Source: Albugo candida
Lineage: Eukaryota
Direction: 5' to 3'
Length of the DNA: 64,000 nucleotides
Assembly: GCA_040437565.1 (NCBI GenBank)
Contig: JBDOQK010000010.1
Location: 496,001 to 560,000 of the forward strand
Of this stretch, positions 46,141 through 57,225 are shown piece after piece; position 1 is the stretch's first letter; each line of letters starts with the position of its first letter. Position numbers and translations under genes: made by a program. Below the pieces are notes generated by a model that saw nothing but the letters and a program-made list of their open reading frames with translations, was not told where the DNA came from and ran no database searches.

Positions 46141-49100
46141 CTAAGACTCGCGTCTCATCCATTTTTGAAATGTCTCGTAAGTCCATAAGGATATGCCGAC
46201 AGAAGGAACAACTCGAATCGTATTCACGACAAACCCCCGATACAAATTGAATGGATTCCAGCGAAATTTCCACCGCTGTGATGTCTGATCTCCCGGCTTG
46301 ACCGCATGTGATGAAGTATCAATAGATCTGAGAAAGCAATTCCATGTCGAATGATACTGTGGAAAATGAGTCTCTGGATGCCAATTTCCAGCAACTTGCA
46401 GTCTTCGTCGCATGAGATCAAACGGATATGCGTACGCTTGTGCGACAACTGCGGCTGTCATTGCACAAAGAATCTGACCGCGGCCATTCGGTCGATTTTC
46501 TGGTTCATCTGTAGGATCTTTTCCTTGAGAGATATCATTGTGATATTGCAGAAAAACTGGTCGCCAAAACTCATAAGTCACATAATAACTCCCGAAATAA
46601 ACGAATGCTCCAAGATTCGAAGCGGTTGAACCGTGGAAAAAGCCTCGGAAGTTTTCTTTTGCGTAAAGGCTTTTGACAATTTTTTTGATTGGCGTCATAG
46701 AAGAGCTCTGCACACTCATTCTCGTACGCAAAGTATCTAATGGGAGGCACAAAGTATTCACAACAATTCCAATGAGGCCACATGCGAGAAAGTTTGTGTC
46801 GAGCCCAATGAAGGATATAAGTCGCTCGTGGCTGCTGATTTGCTTATCTCCATTTCTAGAAGATGGCACTGGGATTATACGTTGACCTAACGTATCGTAC
46901 ATGGTGCTTGTAAGGAATAACTTCATTGGCAACGCCGGTAACAACCACAGACAATGAGTGAGATTTCCGGCAAAAAGGCCTGTGTCATTCACGTCAACTC
47001 AAGCTCCAAACATTTGTGAATGTCATCTTACCTCGCCATCGATTCAGCCTGTACATTTGGAGCAGCCCTCGTACGATACCTCTCTGTGCGAAATCGTAAT
47101 GCAAGCTTGAAGCGGCACCTTTGAGCGTCGATATCTGTTTCAAGATCTTTAATCGGTCCAAAGGAGCACAGATTGTCCTAGCAACAATACCGGCAAAAAT
47201 GGCACCAGCTATGCCCAGAAAGCACGATAAAGCTTGTGTACGTTGTAACCTCATGATACCAGTTTCGTCTTCATCTTTTTCAAGTGCTGGCTTCAAATAC
47301 TCCCAGTCTGTACCACTGGGGCTATGCCGGCTTGTTAAGCTCCATCCTGTTTCAAAATCGTGCAACATCTTTGATACTTTTGCTTTGATTGTTGAGTTTT
47401 GTGCTCCAGTGGATGAATATTGATGCCGATGAGGAAGTTTTTGGATCTGGACGACGTTCCAGAGCTGACGCAAATCGATCAAATCTGACTGCAGAGTGTC
47501 CAAGAAGGCCAGAAACTCCTTTCTAGCTTCTGATATTCCCAAGTTTTTGTTTCGGCTTCTCGACTGTGATTGCTCGTGCAAAATTCTCGTGATACCACGC
47601 ACCAAATCCTCGTAGGTGACATAGTGATTTCCCAAGCTGGCCATGGCTACTTCCGTCTCAGCTGGGAAATTAAGGGAAAATAAATCTCGATAGAATGAGA
47701 GTCGAGCACTGTCGGTCAAAGAATTGCCACTCTGTTGACATCCCGCTCTTTGCCAGATCATCATAGCCTTGGTCAAATCTTTTAGCTTCACATTGCAGTG
47801 ACTTCCTCCAGTTGGGTACGCACCAGTATCCAGATCTTGGCTGCTGCTGTGCAATGCACGGAAGGCTGCTTCCGGCAATAACTGATCCACTTGGGCGCTG
47901 CTTAACGCGATATGAAAGTGAGCAAACTGTGAAAAATTCACCAAACCGGATGAATCTCGAAGTAATAGAGCCAACGCGAGCTGGATTGCTCGTTTATTTC
48001 TTTCCTTGTCACAATTTGCTTCATCTATCAGATTTTCTTTCCGGTTCTCCAAGGTTTCGTATTCGCTCGTTGTTGCTGGCCAAGAGGTGAGCAATCTTTC
48101 AAGATCTGCCCGAATCATAAAATGCTCTTCTCTTTGGCTAGTGAGGCTCTGATTCGATGTTTTTGAAGCTTCTGAGGTCGTCGGACGTCGAATGCTGCTC
48201 GCACGCTTAAAGAGCTCGTACAAAGAAGCCGATCCGCTACGTGTGATAGTGACAAAAGAAGCTCGATCCATACACCAGACTTTTGTATCCTGTAAAGCTG
48301 TGACCGTAGCCCCCCTCCTGCTATTGTACAATAAAGCTGCTTCACCAAATGTGCTACCTCGTTTTAGGGTACTATCGACGAAAGAAGCTGCCGTCGATGC
48401 AGCCCGATCATCGTTTTGGTCAATCAGAGTTTGTGCTTGAAAGAGTTGTGGGGGTTTGCTGCGAGTTACTAGACATTCTCCATTCTCGATAAGATAGAAG
48501 TAATCACCAACATCTCCTTGTTGCAAAATTCTACTCCCAGCAAGATAGTTTAGCGGGAAGCACTTTCGTACCGCTAAAGCCTTTGTTCGAGCGTCCAAAG
48601 ACTCAAATAACGGATGTTTGGATACTGTTTCCATTAGAAAACGATATTCTTGAACCGAATATTGGCTGGATGGATGGGCCTGAATAGCTTCTTGAAAAGC
48701 TGCTTTGTCTAGCTTCCACAGCACAGCCGTTTTTTTCTCAGCCGGCTTGGTCGATAGCTCCATTTCCGGCATTACACGCACTGTCGCACGTCTCGGTGTG
48801 TCATAAATTAGCGCTGACATCCCAAATGCACTGGACGGGCCATTCGTGCCTACAACCACGTATTCAGGCTCGCTCGCTAGAGGGATCGACTGCCACAGTT
48901 CCTTGGGCAACACCGTATTCTGTTCCAAATGACGTTGAGATTGCGATTCTTCATCTGTTCTACCATCTTCGAGTTTTTGCAGTGCTGAATCCCTGTAATT
49001 CACTAAAACTTCGCACTCTCCTTCTTCTATGATATAAAACCCATCGCCTTCCATTCCTTGATAAAAAACGACCTCGCCTGGATCTAGTTCGACACGTCGA

Positions 49101-50149
49101 AATTTTTTGACCAGTTGCTGTAACTCCATGATATCTCTATTATGGAATAGAGGATGGCGCTTAAGAGCGTGAAGAATCACTTCAGAGGCTAGAAGATCGT
49201 TGTTTCTTTGGCTCGAGGCTTCACAGCTCTGTTCGCGTCGTTGATACTCAATCGCATTAGAGCGTAGCTCTTGACGAAAAGAAAGCTCAGGTAGTAGCGT
49301 CGTCGTCTGCTGTAACTTCACATAGTGTGACTCATCGGTGGAAGAAAAATGCTTGGGTGCATACAAATGAGCTGACGGATACGGTAACAAAATTCCTAAA
49401 TGCTGATACAACGCAGCAATCAACTGTGAGCAAAAGACTTTATGATGACGCTCAATAGGAGATATGGCTTCTTCACTTTCCTTTCTAGAGTTTTTATGAG
49501 GATATAGAGTCTCTAAGCGCTGCATTATCTCTTGTGCCTTCATCTGAGTACTTTGCATTTCTTTAGAGAGATTGTTCCTTTCAAATAACGTCATATTGGA
49601 ACGATGATCCATTTCGCATTGAAACTGTTTGATCGCCTTTTTGAGATTTACTAGTTCGTTAAACAGTGCTTCATGCTGCATCCGTGTACGTCGTTGGTAG
49701 CCTGCATTCACAAAACGCTCCAAACGATCCTCATATTTGCTGTCTTGAACGAGCTGGACGAATTGGTGAGCAGCCTTTTGGAATTCTGAAGTACGATGAA
49801 CTTGCAAGCGCCGAATGGAAATTTCGTTCGCGCGTGACCGAAGAATCCGATCCTCAAGTGGTCGGAGTTTGACGCCACTGAGAGTAGCTTCCAGTAAATG
49901 AAGCTCGGAAACGTTTTTCTCCGACTCTGCTGATGCCGGGACGCGAACAATGACCCCAATATGGTCCCAGTCCGTATTTCCAAAGAGTTTGGCACATGTG
50001 CATATAATTCCGCCGTATAGATCCATTTGAAAGCAGGGCCGGTTGAACAAAACAATATCCCCAGTGTCGATTTTGGCGTTTTCGATAAGCGATTGCAAAA
50101 GCTTCTTATCCGTCTCTGCGTCATATTGCGACTTTGTTAAGGGCTTCAT
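46141..50149 (-). CDS. Fusion: permuted NlpC/P60 papain-like domain + 2 cNMP-binding domains + EF-hand-like motif + mitochondrial carrier (~1318 aa; intron 46980-47031)
   Basis: TGDIVLF...WDHIGV...LLEAT...KYE...VFCSQLIAALYQHLGIL; FGMSALIYDTPRRATV and FGEAALLYNSRRGATV; DSSGLVNFSQF; three carrier signatures PLDRLK, PLDTLR, PFDLMR. A 52-nt GT-AG intron joins the two ORFs in frame (WRG|LFAGN). Confidence 0.88.
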
Positions 50150-50781
50150 TGGAATCCTTTGGTAGCGCCGATTTTGCGGTGGCAGAGCTATAAATTAGAC
50201 AAGAGGCCGACTATGGTAACCGAAAAGGACCAGTACGATGCTTTGCGTGCCACGCGACCGAAAATCATTAAAACATCAAAAGTAATTACCCAGGAGTGCT
50301 ACAGCATTCGGGAGCATTGCGATCAATATTCTCATGTGATTAGGTAGCTACAATAGCGGAGACTTGAGCTATAAATGCGTTTTTTGTAGTCGTGACATTC
50401 GACGACTATCATCCGCGACTTCCTTTTAAGATAGATTAGCTCATGTAGGGTAATTATCAAGATAGTGAATTTGCATTCTACAGCCTATTGTCATCTCGAA
50501 TAGCAATGCAGTCGGATCAGTCTGAGCTATACGGTAGACTAACGTCTGCATGCCCGCACTACCTCGATCTCGTTGTTTGAGCTCACGTGCGCTTTGTATA
50601 ACGTGATATCAATAAAATCGGCACGAGCAATTCAGTTTGCAGATGCTAGGCTCTAATCTACTCGATAAACTTGTGAATTGACAGCAAAGAGAGAAAATTC
50701 CAGTGCTTAGCAAGGTATTCCGACGCGAATTGTAGCTTAGATTCGGTAATTTCGAACAAATATCAAGTACGACTGGTTGAT

Positions 50782-53089
50782 ATGGGAGACATGCACATGA
50801 CAAGTGATCCCAAGCAGCTCCTTTTGAAAACACTTGAGCAGTACAATTGGTTAGCTGCTATTATACGATTCTTATAATACTTGACTAAATTTGTCTATGG
50901 GAGTAGCATGCCTGTAGGTGCGGCCCAAAGAAATCAGAATTTGTGTGATTTTGTTCTCGAATTCGAAACAGTTGTGATCATCACAGCAAAATTATTAAGC
51001 ATCATTTCATTTCAATCAAGAAGATCACATTATTTGCCACATTCACATCGTAATATACTGGAAGTCACACAATGTTTGGTCAAATCCGAGCATAAAGATG
51101 CATACACTTTGCCTACGTCAGTGGCGGCTCGTCATCGATTGGGAGCAGAACTGGCGCAACTGATTAAGGTTTGGGGGAATCAGAAGGAAACATAGACATG
51201 AACCTCCTTGCTCAGAATGCTTTATTTTGCAGGAAATAGGATACACCGGAGAGTGCGGATACAATCACTTTCTTTATCCAAATGAAAAAGAGACTTTTGA
51301 GCTTTTTTCTTGGCTGGTAGGACAAGTCAATCCATCTGCCGAATCGTATGGAAGCGACGCGACAAATCAGGAAAATACGCTTGAGCGCACAGCGCCAGGC
51401 CACAAAATGCTTACCTCTCTTGGCTTACAATTTAGTAAACAGGAGATGCCGGAAGAAGGTTTTTTGTCTGGAAATTCCATAAAGATCTGTCTACAATCTT
51501 GGAAGAAGCAAAAAACATTATACGCGTGGCCGAATACACAGATCCCAGCTTTACATGGATATCAGAAGCTTGCATCGAGAACAGGTTTTTTGCCAAGGAC
51601 GTCATGGCACAAGGGTACCATTTGCTCTAAAATTTTCGATCAAGATGGCGCACCACCCGATCTTTTTGATGGGTTACCGCTTGAAGCATGCAGAATTACT
51701 TCACTTAGTGAAACATTGATGCTGAACACGAATAGCAGCGGTCCATTAGAAAATGTTTTGTTATCTGAAAACCTGATCTCTTATGGGTCAGATGAAGAAA
51801 TAATGAGTTGTATAGAGGCACACAAATCTTCGCACGACACAATGTCTTCAGATCATGATCCGAAGGAAGAAGTGTCTGACGAGAAAGTTTTTTTTACCGA
51901 CACAATTCAGGATTTCAAATCAATAGACGTCGACCATCCATCATTGAGTGCTACACAGGAACACGTGCCTCGAGATTGTAGCTTGGTAGTATGCGGACTT
52001 GAGGTACCAGCTTACCTTACATCCTCCACACGTATGATAAACGCGGTATTGGGTTTCTAGGTCGATCCTGCGCAAACGATGATGGACAGGATGAGACTGG
52101 CACAATCACAGTCTAACAGCATGGAAGAAGTCGGCGACACATTGCAAGAAGAGGAGAAACAGATCGAAATAATAAAGGAACGAATCGCAGAAATACAGCG
52201 TTCTGGACACACATTACAGAGAGAAGTTTCACAATATCGTAAACTTGTGAAAATGATAGTCGACCCTGAGAGCAACATTGGAAGTCTGAAAGTACTACGC
52301 GACCGAACTGAGTCACAACTGTTCACTTTTACCAAAGAATGGGAGCAACATCAGGAAAGGTTATCGGAGAAAGAGACAGTGTTGGAGATAAAGCGACAAG
52401 ATCACCAGAGAGATCATAATCACCTTATTATGTGCCTCAAGCGAGTACGACGAGAGCTAAAGCAAGCCAAATTAGTGCTGCAAGAGAAGACAAAAGCATT
52501 ACAGGAAGTAGAAGATATTTATCAGCACTTCCCGAAGACGAAATTGACACGAAAGGGATACATCAATGGAATTCTCGAAGTGATCAAACAGATTCACAAG
52601 CAAAAGCAAGAAATTTTGAATATTATACAAGATATACGCTCGGTACAAAAACAGCTCAACCTACAAGCTGAAAAGCTCAAACGAGTAGAAACAATGGGTG
52701 ACGAAAAACTATTTCGAGTAGCGCTGACTTCCTTGGATTCTGCTCAGCCAAATCCATTCACATCAGCTACCACCTCTTCGACCGTTGTATCTCTTTTATT
52801 TCCTTCGGCTTCTTCCGACAAACCCTCTATCGAATTAGGCAACAAAAGCCTACTCATTGAAAATTACAGAAAATTCACTGAGATACGTCAATTGTATGAG
52901 GAGCTTTTTTGCCTAATAGATCGCATTGGTAAAGCTGAAGATGGATCAAGAGGTCTCAGAAATTGGGTATCTCAGGCAGAAAGCAGGGATTCGGGCCGTT
53001 TTTTGCAGCACATTACTAACGATATTGCGAGCATCAGAAAAGAAAACGAGGAGCTACTAAGAACGTGCAGCGAATCGCCAGTCCTGTAA
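50782..53089 (+). CDS. CCDC22: Coiled-coil domain-containing protein 22 (CCC/Commander complex), multi-exon
   Basis: LPTSVAARHRLGAELAQLIK|EIGYTGECGYNHFLYPNE; RKGYINGILEVIKQIHKQKQEILNIIQDIRSVQKQLN...DEKLFR. Confidence 0.88.
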
Positions 53090-53200
53090 CCAGCGATCCG
53101 AACTGGTGGTTTTGTGTGCAATATAACATTGCGTCACGATACATCGCTTTATTATTTACTTGGTATTTGGCACAAATGACGCATATATCACTATTTGCAC

Positions 53201-54109
53201 TCAATGAGCAACGTGAACTCGAGCTAGGTGATGCTTTGTAGAATGCTGAGATATGTTAAGATGTTCTTTGGGCCTAGATCCATTCCTGCCCGTGTTATTG
53301 CCTGACTTTCCGAAGCTACCAAAACGAACAACAACGGGACGAGGAGCTTCTCGTAGACGATGCAGCACCTTGGAGAGCCCCAAACCATTCAATTCCTGTC
53401 CATTAACGGCCAAAATGAGTGTTCCATTCTGGATTTCAGGATACTGACTCGCCTCTGAGTTCTTCAGGCATTCTCGTACGATAGCGAATTGCTTCCTTTC
53501 ATCGACACCAAGCTTCATTCCAATCGATTGCTGCTCGAAAACAATATCGAAAACAGCTTCAAGTCCATCCATTACCTTCCGATTTGTCATCATGATCGGA
53601 CTGGTGGTCAGTTCAGGAAGATGTTGTGGCAAGATATTTCTACCATTGCCATAATTTACCGAGTCGGTATTTTGGTTGGCAGCATCACTGTGCCCATAAC
53701 CGCGTGTTGTCCTTCTGCTCGGTCGACCTACGGCCGGATCGTCGTAATCATGTTCTGGTAGAAAATCAAGACTTTTTCTCATATCAACTTGATCTTTACG
53801 ATGAGGTTGATTGTCGCGTGAAGAAGTTCGACTATATTTTCGTCTTCCGGATTTCGGCGACAGGTAACTGGTGGTATCTTGTGTAGCTTCATCGATTGGA
53901 TAAGAGGTGCATCGATTGCGCGTGCTCGAGCTCGAGGCCTCTATTTCTATTTCCGGATTTACTTCGCAGTGCTCCTGCTTTTCTTGCTTATCTTTCCCAC
54001 GATATGATCCCAGTATATACGATTTCAACAGATCGAGGAAAGCTTCTTGTGGGCTATCATCACTTTCTTTGCGCGGATGGGCCTCATCATGATCGTCTTG
54101 CCACGACAT
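53201..54109 (-). CDS. Low-complexity protein with a C-terminal PDZ-like domain
   Basis: FDIVFEQQSIGMKL...AIVREC...IQNGTLILAVNGQELNGLGLSKVLHRLREAPRPVVVRF. Start uncertain (54109 or 54232). The copy at 55065-55885 is a gap artefact. Confidence 0.75.
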   Translation of the reverse strand: MSWQDDHDEAHPRKESDDSPQEAFLDLLKSYILGSYRGKDKQEKQEHCEVNPEIEIEASSSSTRNRCTSYPIDEATQDTTSYLSPKSGRRKYSRTSSRDNQPHRKDQVDMRKSLDFLPEHDYDDPAVGRPSRRTTRGYGHSDAANQNTDSVNYGNGRNILPQHLPELTTSPIMMTNRKVMDGLEAVFDIVFEQQSIGMKLGVDERKQFAIVRECLKNSEASQYPEIQNGTLILAVNGQELNGLGLSKVLHRLREAPRPVVVRFGSFGKSGNNTGRNGSRPKEHLNISQHSTKHHLARVHVAH

Positions 54110-56513
54110 ATCGTGCTCCTTGCCTCCAACGATGGCAAACGCGTACAACTGTTGGAAAAATAAGGTATCTGTCCCTTTCTCCGCAAAAATAGCCGGGTAA
54201 AATACGGGAGCGGCACGTAGCCAACTGAACATCTCACTAGAAAGTAACAAGTACTACAATCAGTATGAGGTGGCGTATAAGGAGAAGTGAAATCTAAACT
54301 ACTTTCGAGATGAATTGAGCTGAGTTCGGGCTTCAATCACGTCCATGGATTGCGCACTTTTACCTATCGACTGGAATAAATCGACCACTAAGCATAGAGA
54401 GTTGAGAATACATTTGAACGAATACTACGCCAAGACAAAACAGACCTTGCGCTCGAGTGCGATTATATAAAACCTGTAGTGGTTCACAGTCTTTAATTTG
54501 AAATGGGGAACGCTGCTGTTGCTGAATAGCGGTCGCTTGTTCAAGAAGCCAGTCGGCTTTTTGAGATGAGTCGCACGTAATATCGTGCGTTCGGGTCCGT
54601 ACAAAGAGACTATGAATAGTACATTACATACAGAGGAAATGATGATGTATACTGTTAAGTGATAGGAAGACAGCGCCGACGCATTGTACCGCACGGTTAT
54701 AGCCTCTCCCATTGTTACTAGATCGAAGCTGAACGGAATGATTCGAGAAAACTTGCAAAAAAAAGTACTCGGTCATATTTCATATATTAGCAATATGCGC
54801 AACAAAACACAGCTGCATATCATTTTACACAGCTCTGCACACAACGCTACATTACATAAGGCCAATTGTATTCTAATTCTACGCGCAAAGCATTGTGTGT
54901 AGGCATTTGAGTATGTCACCATTGGCTTCGCGTAGCTTGCGCTCCGCTTGTTGAGTAGTAATTTNNNNNNNNNNNNNNNNNNNNNNNNNNNNNNNNNNNN
55001 NNNNNNNNNNNNNNNNNNNNNNNNNNNNNNNNNNNNNNNNNNNNNNNNNNNNNNNNNNNNNNNNTGGATTTCAGGATACTGACTCGCCTCTGAGTTCTTC
55101 AGGCATTCTCGTACGATAGCGAATTGCTTCCTTTCATCGACACCAAGCTTCATTCCAATCGATTGCTGCTCGAAAACAATATCGAAAACAGCTTCAAGTC
55201 CATCCATTACCTTCCGATTTGTCATCATGATCGGACTGGTGGTCAGTTCAGGAAGATGTTGTGGCAAGATATTTCTACCATTGCCATAATTTACCGAGTC
55301 GGTATTTTGGTTGGCAGCATCACTGTGCCCATAACCGCGTGTTGTCCTTCTGCTCGGTCGACCTACGGCCGGATCGTCGTAATCATGTTCTGGTAGAAAA
55401 TCAAGACTTTTTCTCATATCAACTTGATCTTTACGATGAGGTTGATTGTCGCGTGAAGAAGTTCGACTATATTTTCGTCTTCCGGATTTCGGCGACAGGT
55501 AACTGGTGGTATCTTGTGTAGCTTCATCGATTGGATAAGAGGTGCATCGATTGCGCGTGCTCGAGCTCGAGGCCTCTATTTCTATTTCCGGATTTACTTC
55601 GCAGTGCTCCTGCTTTTCTTGCTTATCTTTCCCACGATATGATCCCAGTATATACGATTTCAACAGATCGAGGAAAGCTTCTTGTGGGCTATCATCACTT
55701 TCTTTGCGCGGATGGGCCTCATCATGATCGTCTTGCCACGACATATCGTGCTCCTTGCCTCCAACGATGGCAAACGCGTACAACTGTTGGAAAAATAAGG
55801 TATCTGTCCCTTTCTCCGCAAAAATAGCCGGGTAAAATACGGGAGCGGCACGTAGCCAACTGAACATCTCACTAGAAAGTAACAAGTACTACAATCAGTA
55901 TGAGGTGGCGTATAAGGAGAAGTGAAATCTAAACTACTTTCGAGATGAATTGAGCTGAGTTCGGGCTTCAATCACGTCCATGGATTGCGCACTTTTACCT
56001 ATCGACTGGAATAAATCGACCACTAAGCATAGAGAGTTGAGAATACATTTGAACGAATACTACGCCAAGACAAAACAGACCTTGCGCTCGAGTGCGATTA
56101 TATAAAACCTGTAGTGGTTCACAGTCTTTAATTTGAAATGGGGAACGCTGCTGTTGCTGAATAGCGGTCGCTTGTTCAAGAAGCCAGTCGGCTTTTTGAG
56201 ATGAGTCGCACGTAATATCGTGCGTTCGGGTCCGTACAAAGAGACTATGAATAGTACATTACATACAGAGGAAATGATGATGTATACTGTTAAGTGATAG
56301 GAAGACAGCGCCGACGCATTGTACCGCACGGTTATAGCCTCTCCCATTGTTACTAGATCGAAGCTGAACGGAATGATTCGAGAAAACTTGCAAAAAAAAG
56401 TACTCGGTCATATTTCATATATTAGCAATATGCGCAACAAAACACAGCTGCATATCATTTTACACAGCTCTGCACACAACGCTACATTACATAAGGCCAA
56501 TTGTATTCTAATT

Positions 56514-57000
56514 CTACGCGCAAAGCATTGTGTGTAGGCATTTGAGTATGTCACCATTGGCTTCGCGTAGCTTGCGCTCCGCTTGTTGAGTAGTAATTTC
56601 CATTTCGCGGGAAATGAAGACGATATCATCTTTTTTTACTTTTACGGCTTCGAGCTCGGCCTCCCTAGAATCGTTTCGCTCCGAATGAATGATGACACAT
56701 ATCTCAAGCATTTGTCACGTACCGTTTTCGATCTGCCTCTTTGTCAGCTTCTTCCTGCTTTTGTAAATCCATGAAAGCCTCCTTCATTTTGTTTTCATCT
56801 AGTTGCTTATCTTCGATTACATCCGTTAACTTTTCCAGCGCATTCGAAGCTTCAGCCTCACTTTTGGTTGTTGTTTCTTGCAGTTTGTGCTCAGATTCCC
56901 CATCGTCAGATGCACAACATTTCTCATTTCTGTGAGTGTGATGCGAATGGGTATGATGTGATTCAGCGGAATCGGATCCGGTGGCTGCCTTTGTGTTCAT
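56514..57000 (-). CDS. HYPK: Huntingtin-interacting protein K (NatA cofactor); exons 56723-57000 and 56514-56664
   Basis: ALEKLTDVIEDKQLD...R|EAELEAVKVKKDDIVFISREMEITTQQAERKLREANGDI. Confidence 0.9.
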
Positions 57001-57048
57001 TATTCGCCTTTTTTCAAGTACCTTTGCCACATTAATTTAGCGTCTTCA

Positions 57049-57072
57049 ACCTCTTGACCTCTTGACCTCTTG
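57049..57072. repeat. 8-bp tandem repeat acctcttg x3 in the 225-bp divergent promoter
   Basis: Directly visible. Confidence 0.85.
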
Positions 57073-57225
57073 CCTATGTCTACATCGCTTAGTTGAAGCA
57101 TTTGGTGCTTCGTTTTGTACCAAGTGGCGTGCTCATTGTCGACTCCCTATTTTGCGCACTTGAAATCTACCATTTAAGCGTGAATTTGTATATAATTATC
57201 GTTGAGGCTACTCGTAATTATCATC

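Larger units (their letters stand above)
13701..56599. other. Exact duplications flanking eight 100-N scaffold gaps (unmerged contig overlaps)
   Basis: 13701-13833=13934-14066; 17712-19184=19285-20757; 25151-25413=25514-25776; 30735-31139=31240-31644; 31968-32001=32102-32135; 33055-33595=33696-34236; 34671-34809=34910-35048; 53430-54964=55065-56599. Confidence 0.92.

Noticed and set aside
1-53089. Clustering of membrane-traffic/autophagy genes (VPS13, FYVE x2, ATG1, BAR-like, CCDC22)
   Set aside because: Interspersed with unrelated genes; these classes are common, and there is no evidence of a functional cluster without synteny data.
53430-56599. Apparent second PDZ gene and second HYPK 3' end
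   Set aside because: Identical 1535-bp copies abut a 100-N gap; assembly overlap.
38859-57000. NAA20 and HYPK, both linked to N-terminal acetylation
   Set aside because: 17 kb apart and belong to different complexes (NatB versus NatA); probably coincidence.
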